26,273 nt of DNA, taken from contig CAXXIS010000001.1 of NCBI GenBank assembly GCA_963664395.2, positions 1 through 26,273 of the forward strand, given 5' to 3'. The notes beneath the pieces are model-generated. The model saw only the letters and a program-made list of their open reading frames with translations, did not search any database and was not told the origin of the DNA. Made by a program: the position numbers and the translations under genes. Each line of letters starts with the position of its first letter. The first letter of the stretch is position 1. This document shows positions 15,436 through 23,786 of this stretch, piece after piece. The stretch comes from Candidatus Binatia bacterium (GTDB lineage Bacteria; Desulfobacterota; Binatia; Bin18).

Positions 15436-18400
15436 TTACTGTAGCCCGGTAATCACAAAGTTCTGCATGGACTCCTGCCACTCCAGCTTCACCGTCTCAC
15501 CCGGCGCCGGGAAGTCTTCCACTTCACACATTCCCTCCGCGCCCCGTACAAACTCTGTCCCCAGGGTTGTCACCGTAAACGTAGCGCGGTCGAACTCTAC
15601 TCCATCGGCCAAGGCGCGCACTGTATGCTGCGTACCGCCGCGCGTACCGCCGCCCAGCAGATTCCAGTTGAACAGCAGGCCAAAGCCGTTATTGCTGTCG
15701 CCGCAAACGCCGGTCGTGTCGATACGGTTGGTCCCATAGCCGGCCATAAAAGTCAAAGTCGGGTCTCCATCGATCTCGATCTCGACCTGCGAGGCGTCAC
15801 ACACCCAGCCGGAGAACAGCCCGATCCCGCTCTGGAATGAGCCAGAGAATGGATTCTCCAATAGGCCAGACAGGCCATCGGCCTGCGCGACAGCTGCGTT
15901 TGCCGTTCTTACCGGTGTGGCTCTGGGTGGGAGCGGGTAGTCAGCAATTACAAAGTTCTGCATGGATTCCTGCCAGTGCAGCGTCACCGTCTCATCCTGC
16001 ATTGGAAAGTTGGACACCGTACACTCCCCTTCCGCGCCCCGCACAAACTCTTTCCCGAGGGTTGTCACGGTAAACGTGGCTTGGTCGAACTCCACCCCGT
16101 CGGCCAGGGCGCGTACCGTATGCGTGCCGTCGCCCAGCAGATTCCAGTTGAACAGCAAACCGAAGCCGTTATCGCTATCGCCGCAGACGCCGGTCGTGTC
16201 GCGCCGCTCGGTCCTATAGGCAGCCGGAAGTCGGATCGTCCCGTTAATGTCAATCTCTACCCTGGACACTTCGAGACGGCCCGGAATATACGGCTGCAAA
16301 ACGTTCACGACGTACATGTCCCGGCCCAGCTCATCCATGGTCTGGGTGAGCTGAACAGGCACCCGGGGGGAACCGTCCTGATTTCTCACGAACGCACCTG
16401 GCACGACATCGATGGTGATCCTTGGCGGGATGACCGTTCCTGCCGGGCTGCGCGGTGGTGGCGGCAGGATGCTTTTTGACGAACCGGTAATGGGCCAGCT
16501 CAGTCGCACGTCGCCGATGTCGATAGTGAATATCCCGCTCGCACCCAGCAGCATCTCGTAAAACTCTGTGCGATCGTACCTGGCGTCGTCCACGTAAGAA
16601 ATCGTGAAACGCTGGACCTGGTCAACGACTTCCTGGACGGTCGTCTGGCCCGTGATGTGCGTGCCGTTCGTTGAGCCGGTCCGCGCCCACCAGTTCCCCG
16701 CGTCGTCTACCGATGACTCTTTGTGTTCAAGCGCATCGTAAAAATATCGCTCGGCAACCTCGGGGGTGGCAGGGGGTGGGGGTTCTCCCCTTGGTCCGGT
16801 GAGGCATACCCAACCGGAGAACAGCCCGACACCGCTCTGCAATGAGCCGGGGGAAGGATTCTCCAACCTGCCAGTTAAGCCCGGTCGTGATGGACGGCGG
16901 CGGTAGATGACGCCCATCTCGGCATTCTCCAGCCAAATTGATGATCCACCTTCTTTGCTTAGACGGTCGGCCTTCAGCGGTTGTCTGACCAGGGAAAACC
17001 CGGTTGAAACACTCGGGTCGCGTTGTGAGTACACCAGCGCCGTATCGTCGCCCGTATATCCAGGCACGCCAAAGCCGCCCTCCACGGTCGCAATCTTCTT
17101 CTTCTCCCGGACGATTCCGTCACTCAGCTTGGCAGTATAGACCGTCGATTGATTCCGAGTCTCGTCAAACTCGTCAAAGGTCAGAAAGTTATCGCTGGTC
17201 TGACCCAAGGCTGGAAAGGCAATATGAAAGCCGCGTCTGGGTGGAATCAGAGGGAAGCCCCTGCCCGTTTGTAGATGCAAGGCGTACAGGCTCCACTGGC
17301 CGCGCTGGATCAGATTATCCTCATCGCCGCTGACGGTCGCCGCACTCAGGGCGTCGTAGATGAGCCACTGTCCGTCGGCTGTGAAATTGACAGTACTCGC
17401 GTAGGGGAGGGTGTCGGGTGCGGGACCAGTATATGCAAAAGAGGTGAGCAGGAAGGTTCGCTGCTTCCCGGTTTCCATATTAGTAATGGTGATCGTATTA
17501 TCCGGGTTGCCCAGCTCATTCAGCAGGATCAAGCCAAACAACCGACCGTCGGGGGACATGGCAGCCGCAGCAACAGGGTCGGGAGACTCAAGACACTGTT
17601 GTTCATCGCCATCGGTTGCATCGGTTGCATCGGTTGCAATGACGCAGAGGTCGTTTTCTGCATTGACAAAGACTGCCAAACCGCCATCACGGGAGACAGA
17701 GGGACGTGCGCGGACCACGATATCCTCAGCCAGTTGGACCCCTTGTTCCCCGTCGCCCTGGGCGGCTTCCCGCCGGCCCAGCCGGAACTGGCCCAGGACA
17801 TCCCGATACACAAAGAGGGTGGCATCCGGCCCGCGAACGGGGGGGATATCCGGCGGGTCTGGAGTGGAACCAGGGCCGAAAATCTCGACGGCATCAAACG
17901 CCTCAGAGGTCTTCCGTACCTCGATTGATCCCAGCCCAAAGAGGACTTCCGCGGCCTGAATACAAGCCAGACGGGCGTCAATAAACTGCGAGTTCTGGAC
18001 CAGACGATAGATCAGCGCATTGTAGAAAATCTCCTCGGCAGCTTCCAGGCCAATGGCTCCATTGAGACCCTCCGCAAGCAGATAAAAGGCATGGCCGATA
18101 ATAGTGCTATTGATGTGGACACCGCCGTTGTCTTCCTGAATATGAAAAAAATCGCTCATTTTCTTCGGATACGGGCGACCGAAATGAGTGAGGAAAGCCT
18201 CGGGGTTCTTCAGATTGCGGACCGGGCGGCCAAGGTCCGGGCTGCCAGGGGATGGGCGGGCCAGGTCTCGGCCGGTAATCCAGTCTGGAGGGCCTTCGCC
18301 TTCTTCTTCTTCTTTTTTCTTGGCTTCGATCATCTCTCCAAAGATGTCGGCAAACGCCTCGTTCAGCGCGCCCGGCTGGTCTTGATAGAGCAGATTCGCC

Positions 18401-19857
18401 GAATGCTCGATAACCCCGTGGGTCAGCTCGTGGCCCACGATGTCCAGCGCTCCGGCAAACGGACGACCATCGCCAAATACGATGAGGTTCGAGCCGGGGA
18501 TCCAGAACGCATTCTTATAGTTCTCACCATAACGGACAACCGCATGAATCGACGCGCCATCCTTCACCCCATCATCGTCAACATCATCACTGTCAAATGA
18601 CTTCCGGCCGTGCCGCTCCAAATAATAATCATAGGTCTCAGAGAGATTATACGCGGCGCTGACCGCATCGGGCAGCCAAGACGAAAGGTCCCCTTGTGAC
18701 TCTGGATCTCTATAAACGACAGGAGCGTCGCTGAGGATTTCCTGGTTCTGCGCATCGCGGACCCAGATAGCACCGCGCTGAATCCAATCGTGCAGACCAT
18801 GAGGTTCACTGAACCTATCTTTATCCTTGGTATCAATCATCCAGAGAAGATTGTCTTGATCCCATACGTTGAGTCGCTGGGGAACGCCGAACAGGTCCAT
18901 GCCCTCATCCTCAACACTCTGCCCATACTTATCCTCAACACTCCTATTCCCATAATTCTGGTGCATGACCTGGTTATAGGCCGTCAACTCGTCTCCATTG
19001 ACAGCATCAATGACCACCACCCACTGGGCGGTCAAACCGATGGTCAACTTCAGCTTCCAGGCCAGCCGGGGCGGGGTGTCGCCCGGTGCATAGATGATGA
19101 GTTCGGAGGCAGTAACCTCGGCTTCCGCACCGTCAGTCAGCCCCGTGCGGGCGTACTCGACCGCGGTCGCTTCGTCGAGCACCGGAACAGTGCTGAGGTC
19201 CTTTGGCGTGGGCACGAACGCCCCATTCATCACATCGACGTGTCCCGCCGGATTGAGGTGCACAAGTATATCGGCCGGCCAGACGGGCACGCCCTGATAC
19301 TGTTGGCGAAAGCGCAGATGCGTCCGGCCAAGCTCGTCGGTGTGCCGATGGACCAGGACAAGTTCGGCGTTCGGGTCCTCAAGGCGCAGCAGGTCACAAT
19401 TCGTGCGCAGAAACGTCCGAGCGGTCGTGAGCGGTGGGTCGCTGCCCGCTTGGGCGCTCTGCAAAACCGCGCCTTTAATCTGGCGGGGCGTGCCGGCTAG
19501 CGGACGGAGGACGACCGACACCTCCCCCGGACAACGGGTCTCAAGCGCGGACAGGGCGTGGCTCTGCTCGGGAGTAAGCGGAGGAGACGGGGTGTATGGC
19601 GCAGCCGTTTGGAGGCTGGCCAGATGCTGGCTGAGGCGCTCGGCCAACACTGTTGCGCGCGGGTCAGGGGCTACCTCTGAGGGGGCGCTGGCCGGGGCCA
19701 GCGCGTTGGGCTGATGCTGATAGAGGGGATAAAATGTGAAGGTCGGCGTATTGCCGCCGGCCAGGGTCCGGCTCAGCAAAAGCAGGGTCAGGAGAGCAAT
19801 TGCACAGCCGAATGCTTTTCTCAGTTGTCCCTGATGGTATTGCCGACGAGTAGCCAT
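15436..19857 (-). CDS. Secreted M4 (thermolysin-family) metallopeptidase A: signal, FTP, PepSY, M4, beta-propeller, twin C-terminal domains with insertion
   Basis: Signal peptide; TDELGRTHLRFRQQYQGVPV (FTP); IDAVNG (PepSY); NAFW, DIVGHELTHGV (HEXXH), GALNEAFADIFG (third Zn ligand), DNGGVHINS; TolB-like repeats (PSVSRDG, MSPDG, FTADG). Confidence 0.93.
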   Translation of the reverse strand: MATRRQYHQGQLRKAFGCAIALLTLLLLSRTLAGGNTPTFTFYPLYQHQPNALAPASAPSEVAPDPRATVLAERLSQHLASLQTAAPYTPSPPLTPEQSHALSALETRCPGEVSVVLRPLAGTPRQIKGAVLQSAQAGSDPPLTTARTFLRTNCDLLRLEDPNAELVLVHRHTDELGRTHLRFRQQYQGVPVWPADILVHLNPAGHVDVMNGAFVPTPKDLSTVPVLDEATAVEYARTGLTDGAEAEVTASELIIYAPGDTPPRLAWKLKLTIGLTAQWVVVIDAVNGDELTAYNQVMHQNYGNRSVEDKYGQSVEDEGMDLFGVPQRLNVWDQDNLLWMIDTKDKDRFSEPHGLHDWIQRGAIWVRDAQNQEILSDAPVVYRDPESQGDLSSWLPDAVSAAYNLSETYDYYLERHGRKSFDSDDVDDDGVKDGASIHAVVRYGENYKNAFWIPGSNLIVFGDGRPFAGALDIVGHELTHGVIEHSANLLYQDQPGALNEAFADIFGEMIEAKKKEEEEGEGPPDWITGRDLARPSPGSPDLGRPVRNLKNPEAFLTHFGRPYPKKMSDFFHIQEDNGGVHINSTIIGHAFYLLAEGLNGAIGLEAAEEIFYNALIYRLVQNSQFIDARLACIQAAEVLFGLGSIEVRKTSEAFDAVEIFGPGSTPDPPDIPPVRGPDATLFVYRDVLGQFRLGRREAAQGDGEQGVQLAEDIVVRARPSVSRDGGLAVFVNAENDLCVIATDATDATDGDEQQCLESPDPVAAAAMSPDGRLFGLILLNELGNPDNTITITNMETGKQRTFLLTSFAYTGPAPDTLPYASTVNFTADGQWLIYDALSAATVSGDEDNLIQRGQWSLYALHLQTGRGFPLIPPRRGFHIAFPALGQTSDNFLTFDEFDETRNQSTVYTAKLSDGIVREKKKIATVEGGFGVPGYTGDDTALVYSQRDPSVSTGFSLVRQPLKADRLSKEGGSSIWLENAEMGVIYRRRPSRPGLTGRLENPSPGSLQSGVGLFSGWVCLTGPRGEPPPPATPEVAERYFYDALEHKESSVDDAGNWWARTGSTNGTHITGQTTVQEVVDQVQRFTISYVDDARYDRTEFYEMLLGASGIFTIDIGDVRLSWPITGSSKSILPPPPRSPAGTVIPPRITIDVVPGAFVRNQDGSPRVPVQLTQTMDELGRDMYVVNVLQPYIPGRLEVSRVEIDINGTIRLPAAYRTERRDTTGVCGDSDNGFGLLFNWNLLGDGTHTVRALADGVEFDQATFTVTTLGKEFVRGAEGECTVSNFPMQDETVTLHWQESMQNFVIADYPLPPRATPVRTANAAVAQADGLSGLLENPFSGSFQSGIGLFSGWVCDASQVEIEIDGDPTLTFMAGYGTNRIDTTGVCGDSNNGFGLLFNWNLLGGGTRGGTQHTVRALADGVEFDRATFTVTTLGTEFVRGAEGMCEVEDFPAPGETVKLEWQESMQNFVITGLQ
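15451..15867 (-). repeat. C-terminal domain copy A2 (LENP..SGIGLFSGWVC..VCG..NGFGLLFNWNLLG..QNFVI)
   Basis: One of four homologous protein repeats in the two protease genes. Confidence 0.9.
15946..16872 (-). repeat. C-terminal domain copy A1, interrupted by a 177-aa insertion (16273-16803)
   Basis: GWVC and EVSRVEIDING are contiguous in the other three copies (e.g. GWVCDASQVEIEI). Removing the insert restores 132 aa. Confidence 0.88.
17610..17638 (-). repeat. 9-bp tandem repeat CATCGGTTG x3 (ATD x3) in protease A propeller
   Basis: Read directly; protease B has a single STD at this site. Confidence 0.9.
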
Positions 19858-20054
19858 AGCCTTGAGTTGGTGTCTTCCTGGTAGTGTCTCAGTCTGAAAA
19901 ATTCTGCCTCTGTTAACACGAGGGCTTCACTATCTTCTCCTTGTGATACTTTCTGTTTGTATCTAAGGGGCAGGTATCCAACAATGCCTTCCCTGTCAAT
20001 GTTCCCTCCGTTCGTCCTCACCGCCAGGGCTTACGCTCATCAGTATTGAAGCCT

Positions 20055-23000
20055 TCACTGTAGCTCGGTAATGACAAAATTCTGCGAAGCCTGTTGCCAT
20101 TCAACAATGACGTCCATTCCTTGCTCTGGAAAGTTCGGTAGCCTATAGGTTCCGCTGACTCCAGTCAGAAACTCCGTTCCTAGCGTCGTTACAGTAAACC
20201 TTGCCCGGCCAAACTCCTGGCCATCGGCTAAGGCGCGTACCGTATGCGTGCCGTCACCCAGCAGATTCCAGTTAAACAGCAGGCCAAAGCCATTATTCGT
20301 ATCGCCACAGACCCCCGCCGTGTCGCTACGAATGGTCCCATATCCGGCCTTCAAGGTCAGGTGAGCATTGATTTCGATCTCGACCTTCTGGGCGTTACAC
20401 ACCCAGCCGGAGAACAGGCCGATCCCGCTCTGAAACGAGCCGGGGGAGGGATTCTCTAAGGTGCCACGCAGACCGCCGGTCGCGGCTTGCGTGAGGGTGG
20501 CGTTTGCCGGGCTCACGACGCTGCTCAGCGCGGCGCTTTGGGACTCGGTAATCACGAAGTTCTGCGAAGCCTGTTGCCAGTCAATATGAACAGTCTGACC
20601 AACGTGTGGAAAATCGAGTAAAGTGTAGGCTCCGCTGGCTCCGGTTAGGAACTCTGTTCCCAGCGTTGTCACGGTAAACCTGGCTCTGCCGAACTCGACC
20701 CCATCGGCCAGGGCACGCACCGTATGCGTGCCATCTCCCAGCAGATTCCAATTGAAGAGGAGTGCAAAGCCGTTATTGTCATCTCCACAAACGCCGGTCG
20801 TGTCGCTACGAATGGTCCCATACGCAGCCTGGAGGCGGGTTGTGCCGTTTATTTCTATCTCGACCTGCAAGGCGTCACACACCCAGCCAGAGAACAGTCC
20901 GATTCCACTCTGGAATGAGCCCGCGCCTGGATTCTCTAAAAAACCAGTGGGGTTCGAGCGAGAACTCGGACGGCGGTAGATCACGCCATAATCGGCATTC
21001 CTCAGCCACCATGATGCCTGGCCCCGAGGTGTAATGCGGTCGGCAGCCAATGGCTGACGGACCAGGGAAAGCCCGGTTGAAACGCTCGTGTCACGTTGGG
21101 AAAACACAAGCGCCGAATCGTCGCCGGTATAACCCGGTATGCCCCAGGCACCCGTCACCGTCGCAATACGCGCCGTATCTCCGGTATTCAGATTTGCAGT
21201 GTAGACAGTGGATTGATTCTGAGCTTCGTCAACGACATCAAAGGTCAGAAAATTATCGCTGTTTTGGCTCAGGGCGGGAAAGCCAATATTAAGACCACGG
21301 ATGGGTGGAATCAGAGCCAAGTTCGTTCCTGTTTTAAGATTCAAGGCGTACAGGCTCCATTGTCTCAGCCGAGAGCCATCGCTGAAGGCCACAGCATTGA
21401 GGGCATCGTAGACCAGCCACTGCCCGTCGAGTGTGAAGTCCATGGCGTCGGCCTGAAGAATGGTATTTGTTCCAGGACCGTCATACGCCGGCGCCCTCAG
21501 GGTGAAAGTCTTCGGCTCATCCGCCCCCAAATCAATGACGCTGATCCGGTTATCCGAGTTGCCCTGAGCATCCAGAAGAACAAATCCAAATAACTGGCTA
21601 TCGGGCGACATGGCAACAGAATGGACCAGGCCGGGGTACCCGAGGCAGCCTTCCCCGCTACTATCGGTGCTGACGAGGCAGACATCATTTTGGGCATTGA
21701 CAAAGACGGCCAATTCGCCATTGCGGGAGACGGAGGGACGGGCGGCAGCCACGATAGCATTGGCAAGTTGAGAGCCGTGCGCTGGGTCGCCGTGAGCGTC
21801 TTCCCGCCGCCCCAGCCGGAAATTGCCGAATTCGTCCCGATACACGAAGAGGGTGGAATCCGGCCCTCGAACGCTGGGGATAGCCGGTGGGTCCGGGGTG
21901 GGCGGAGCAGAGTCGGAAATTTCGACCGCATCAAACGCCTCGACCGTTTTCCGGACTTGGACTGACTCCGGACCGAAGAGTTCTTCCGCGGCTTGGATGC
22001 AGGCCAGACGGGCGTCAACGAACTGCGAGTTTTGGACCAGATGGACGGTCAGCGCGCGGTAGAAAATCCGCTCGGCAGCACGCAGGCCAACGGCTCCGTC
22101 GAGGCCGGCTGCGAGCAGATAAAAAGCGCGGTTGGGAATGCTGCTATTGGTATGAACGCCGCCATTGTCCTCATGCGTATAAAAAAATTCACTCATTTTG
22201 GTCGGATACGGTCTGTGGCCGTCGAAGGTGAGGGCGGCGGGGTTGGCCATATTACGCATGAACCGCCGGTCGCCAAGAGCTTGGCCAATAAGCCAGTCCG
22301 GCCTGCCTGTAGTCCGGGCTTCGATCATCTCACCAAAGATGTCTGCAAACGCCTCGTTCAGCGCGCCCGGCTGGTTTTGATAGACTAGATTCGCCGAGTG
22401 ATAGATGACACCGTGGGTCAATTCGTGGCCGACCACATCGAGTGCCCCGGCAAATGGGAGAGCATCGCCAAACACCATCAGATTAAGATCTGGAATATAG
22501 GACGCATTGACATGGTTTCGGCCAAGACGCACCATCGCGTGAATCGACGCGCCCCGACCATCAAGTGAATCCAGATTATGCCGCTCCTGATAATAGTCGT
22601 AGACCTCGGAGAAGTGATACGACGCGCTGACCGCATCGGGCAGCCAGCCGGAGGTTGGACTTCTCGAATTGACGACTTGAAGAGGGGGCAATGGAAATTC
22701 CTCTGGTCTGGATGTTGGTGGCAGGTTCTGAGCATCGTAAATCCAGATAATGCCACGCTCTCTTGGGTCTGCGTTGGGATCGAACATCGGCTTACTGGTA
22801 TTGACCATCCAGAAAAGACCGTCTTGCTGCCAGACATTGAGCCGCCGGGTTCTGCCGAACAGGTCCACGCCCGAGCCCGCAACCCGCTGGTGCATGACTT
22901 GGCTATAGGCGGTCAGTTCGGCGCCGTTGACGGCATCAATGACCACCAGCCACCGGGAGGTCACATCGATGGCCAACTCCAACTTCCAGGCCAGCCGGGG

Positions 23001-23786
23001 CGGGGTGTCGCCTGGGGCATAGATGATGAGTTCGGACGCGGTCACCTCGGCTTTCGCCCCGTCAGTCAGCCCGGTTCGGGCGTACTCGGCTGCGGCCGCT
23101 TCGTCGAGAACAGGAGCAGTCCCGAGCTTTTTGGGCGTGGGCACGAACGCCCCATTCATCACATCGACATGGCCCTCCGGGCTGAGGTGCACGATCACAT
23201 CGGCCGGCCAGACGGGCACGCCTCGATACTCCTGCTGAAAGCGCAGATGCGTCCGGCCAAGCTCGTCGGTGTGCCGATGGACCAGGACAAGTTCGGCGTG
23301 CGGGTCGTCCAGACGCAGCAGGTCGCAATTCGTGCGTAGAAACGTCCGGGCGGTCGTGAGCTGCGGATCGCTCCCTGTGGAAAAACCGTACTGGGCGCGC
23401 TGTAAAACCTCGCCCTTGATCTGGCGCGGCGTTCCGGCCAGAGGGCGCACGACCACCGAAACCTCACCGGGACAACGGGTCTCAAGCTCGGACAGAGCTT
23501 GGCTCTGCTCGGGAGTAAGCTGGGGGGTGAATGGTGCCGCCGCTTGGAGGTCGGCCAGACGTTGGCGGAGACGCTCAGCCAACTCTGCCGCCCGCGGGTC
23601 CGGGTCAACTTCTAATGGCTCGCTCGCCGGAGCCAGCGTGTTGGGCTGAAACAGCGGATAGAGACGCAACGCCGGGGTATCGCCGCCGGCCAGATTCCGA
23701 CTCAGCAGGAGAATCGCCAGCAGAACGATGCCACAGCCAAACGCTCTTCTCAGGTGCCCCTGACGCTGTTTCCGACGAGCAGTCAT
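20055..23786 (-). CDS. Secreted M4 (thermolysin-family) metallopeptidase B: signal, FTP, PepSY, M4, beta-propeller, twin C-terminal domains
   Basis: Paralog of A. NASY, DVVGHELTHGV, GALNEAFADIFG, DNGGVHTNS; same domain order. Confidence 0.93.
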   Translation of the reverse strand: MTARRKQRQGHLRRAFGCGIVLLAILLLSRNLAGGDTPALRLYPLFQPNTLAPASEPLEVDPDPRAAELAERLRQRLADLQAAAPFTPQLTPEQSQALSELETRCPGEVSVVVRPLAGTPRQIKGEVLQRAQYGFSTGSDPQLTTARTFLRTNCDLLRLDDPHAELVLVHRHTDELGRTHLRFQQEYRGVPVWPADVIVHLSPEGHVDVMNGAFVPTPKKLGTAPVLDEAAAAEYARTGLTDGAKAEVTASELIIYAPGDTPPRLAWKLELAIDVTSRWLVVIDAVNGAELTAYSQVMHQRVAGSGVDLFGRTRRLNVWQQDGLFWMVNTSKPMFDPNADPRERGIIWIYDAQNLPPTSRPEEFPLPPLQVVNSRSPTSGWLPDAVSASYHFSEVYDYYQERHNLDSLDGRGASIHAMVRLGRNHVNASYIPDLNLMVFGDALPFAGALDVVGHELTHGVIYHSANLVYQNQPGALNEAFADIFGEMIEARTTGRPDWLIGQALGDRRFMRNMANPAALTFDGHRPYPTKMSEFFYTHEDNGGVHTNSSIPNRAFYLLAAGLDGAVGLRAAERIFYRALTVHLVQNSQFVDARLACIQAAEELFGPESVQVRKTVEAFDAVEISDSAPPTPDPPAIPSVRGPDSTLFVYRDEFGNFRLGRREDAHGDPAHGSQLANAIVAAARPSVSRNGELAVFVNAQNDVCLVSTDSSGEGCLGYPGLVHSVAMSPDSQLFGFVLLDAQGNSDNRISVIDLGADEPKTFTLRAPAYDGPGTNTILQADAMDFTLDGQWLVYDALNAVAFSDGSRLRQWSLYALNLKTGTNLALIPPIRGLNIGFPALSQNSDNFLTFDVVDEAQNQSTVYTANLNTGDTARIATVTGAWGIPGYTGDDSALVFSQRDTSVSTGLSLVRQPLAADRITPRGQASWWLRNADYGVIYRRPSSRSNPTGFLENPGAGSFQSGIGLFSGWVCDALQVEIEINGTTRLQAAYGTIRSDTTGVCGDDNNGFALLFNWNLLGDGTHTVRALADGVEFGRARFTVTTLGTEFLTGASGAYTLLDFPHVGQTVHIDWQQASQNFVITESQSAALSSVVSPANATLTQAATGGLRGTLENPSPGSFQSGIGLFSGWVCNAQKVEIEINAHLTLKAGYGTIRSDTAGVCGDTNNGFGLLFNWNLLGDGTHTVRALADGQEFGRARFTVTTLGTEFLTGVSGTYRLPNFPEQGMDVIVEWQQASQNFVITELQ
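20070..20465 (-). repeat. C-terminal domain copy B2 (132 aa)
   Basis: GTLENP...QNFVI; 480-nt period with copy B1. Confidence 0.9.
20550..20945 (-). repeat. C-terminal domain copy B1 (132 aa)
   Basis: GFLENP...QNFVI. Confidence 0.9.

Noticed and set aside
16273-16806. Intein in protease A (the junction reads C-LTG, like an intein N-terminus)
   Set aside because: No C-terminal His-Asn followed by Cys/Ser/Thr, and the Cys belongs to the conserved GWVC of the host repeat. The one T-x-x-H-like stretch (TNGTH) is not enough without the splice junction.
19971-19999. Promoter for protease A on the minus strand (TTGACA-17-TACCTG)
   Set aside because: The -35 is perfect but the -10 is too poor to call.
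15451-20945. DGR template/variable repeat pair or CRISPR-like array from the four repeated segments
   Set aside because: All copies are in-frame protein domains, differences are not visibly adenine-specific, no reverse transcriptase or cas gene is present, and there is no repeat-spacer pattern.
17275-23339. Long + strand ORFs antisense to the proteases (e.g. 18790..19500, 22578..23339) that resemble each other
   Set aside because: Shadow ORFs of GC-rich coding sequence; their similarity only mirrors the paralogy on the minus strand.
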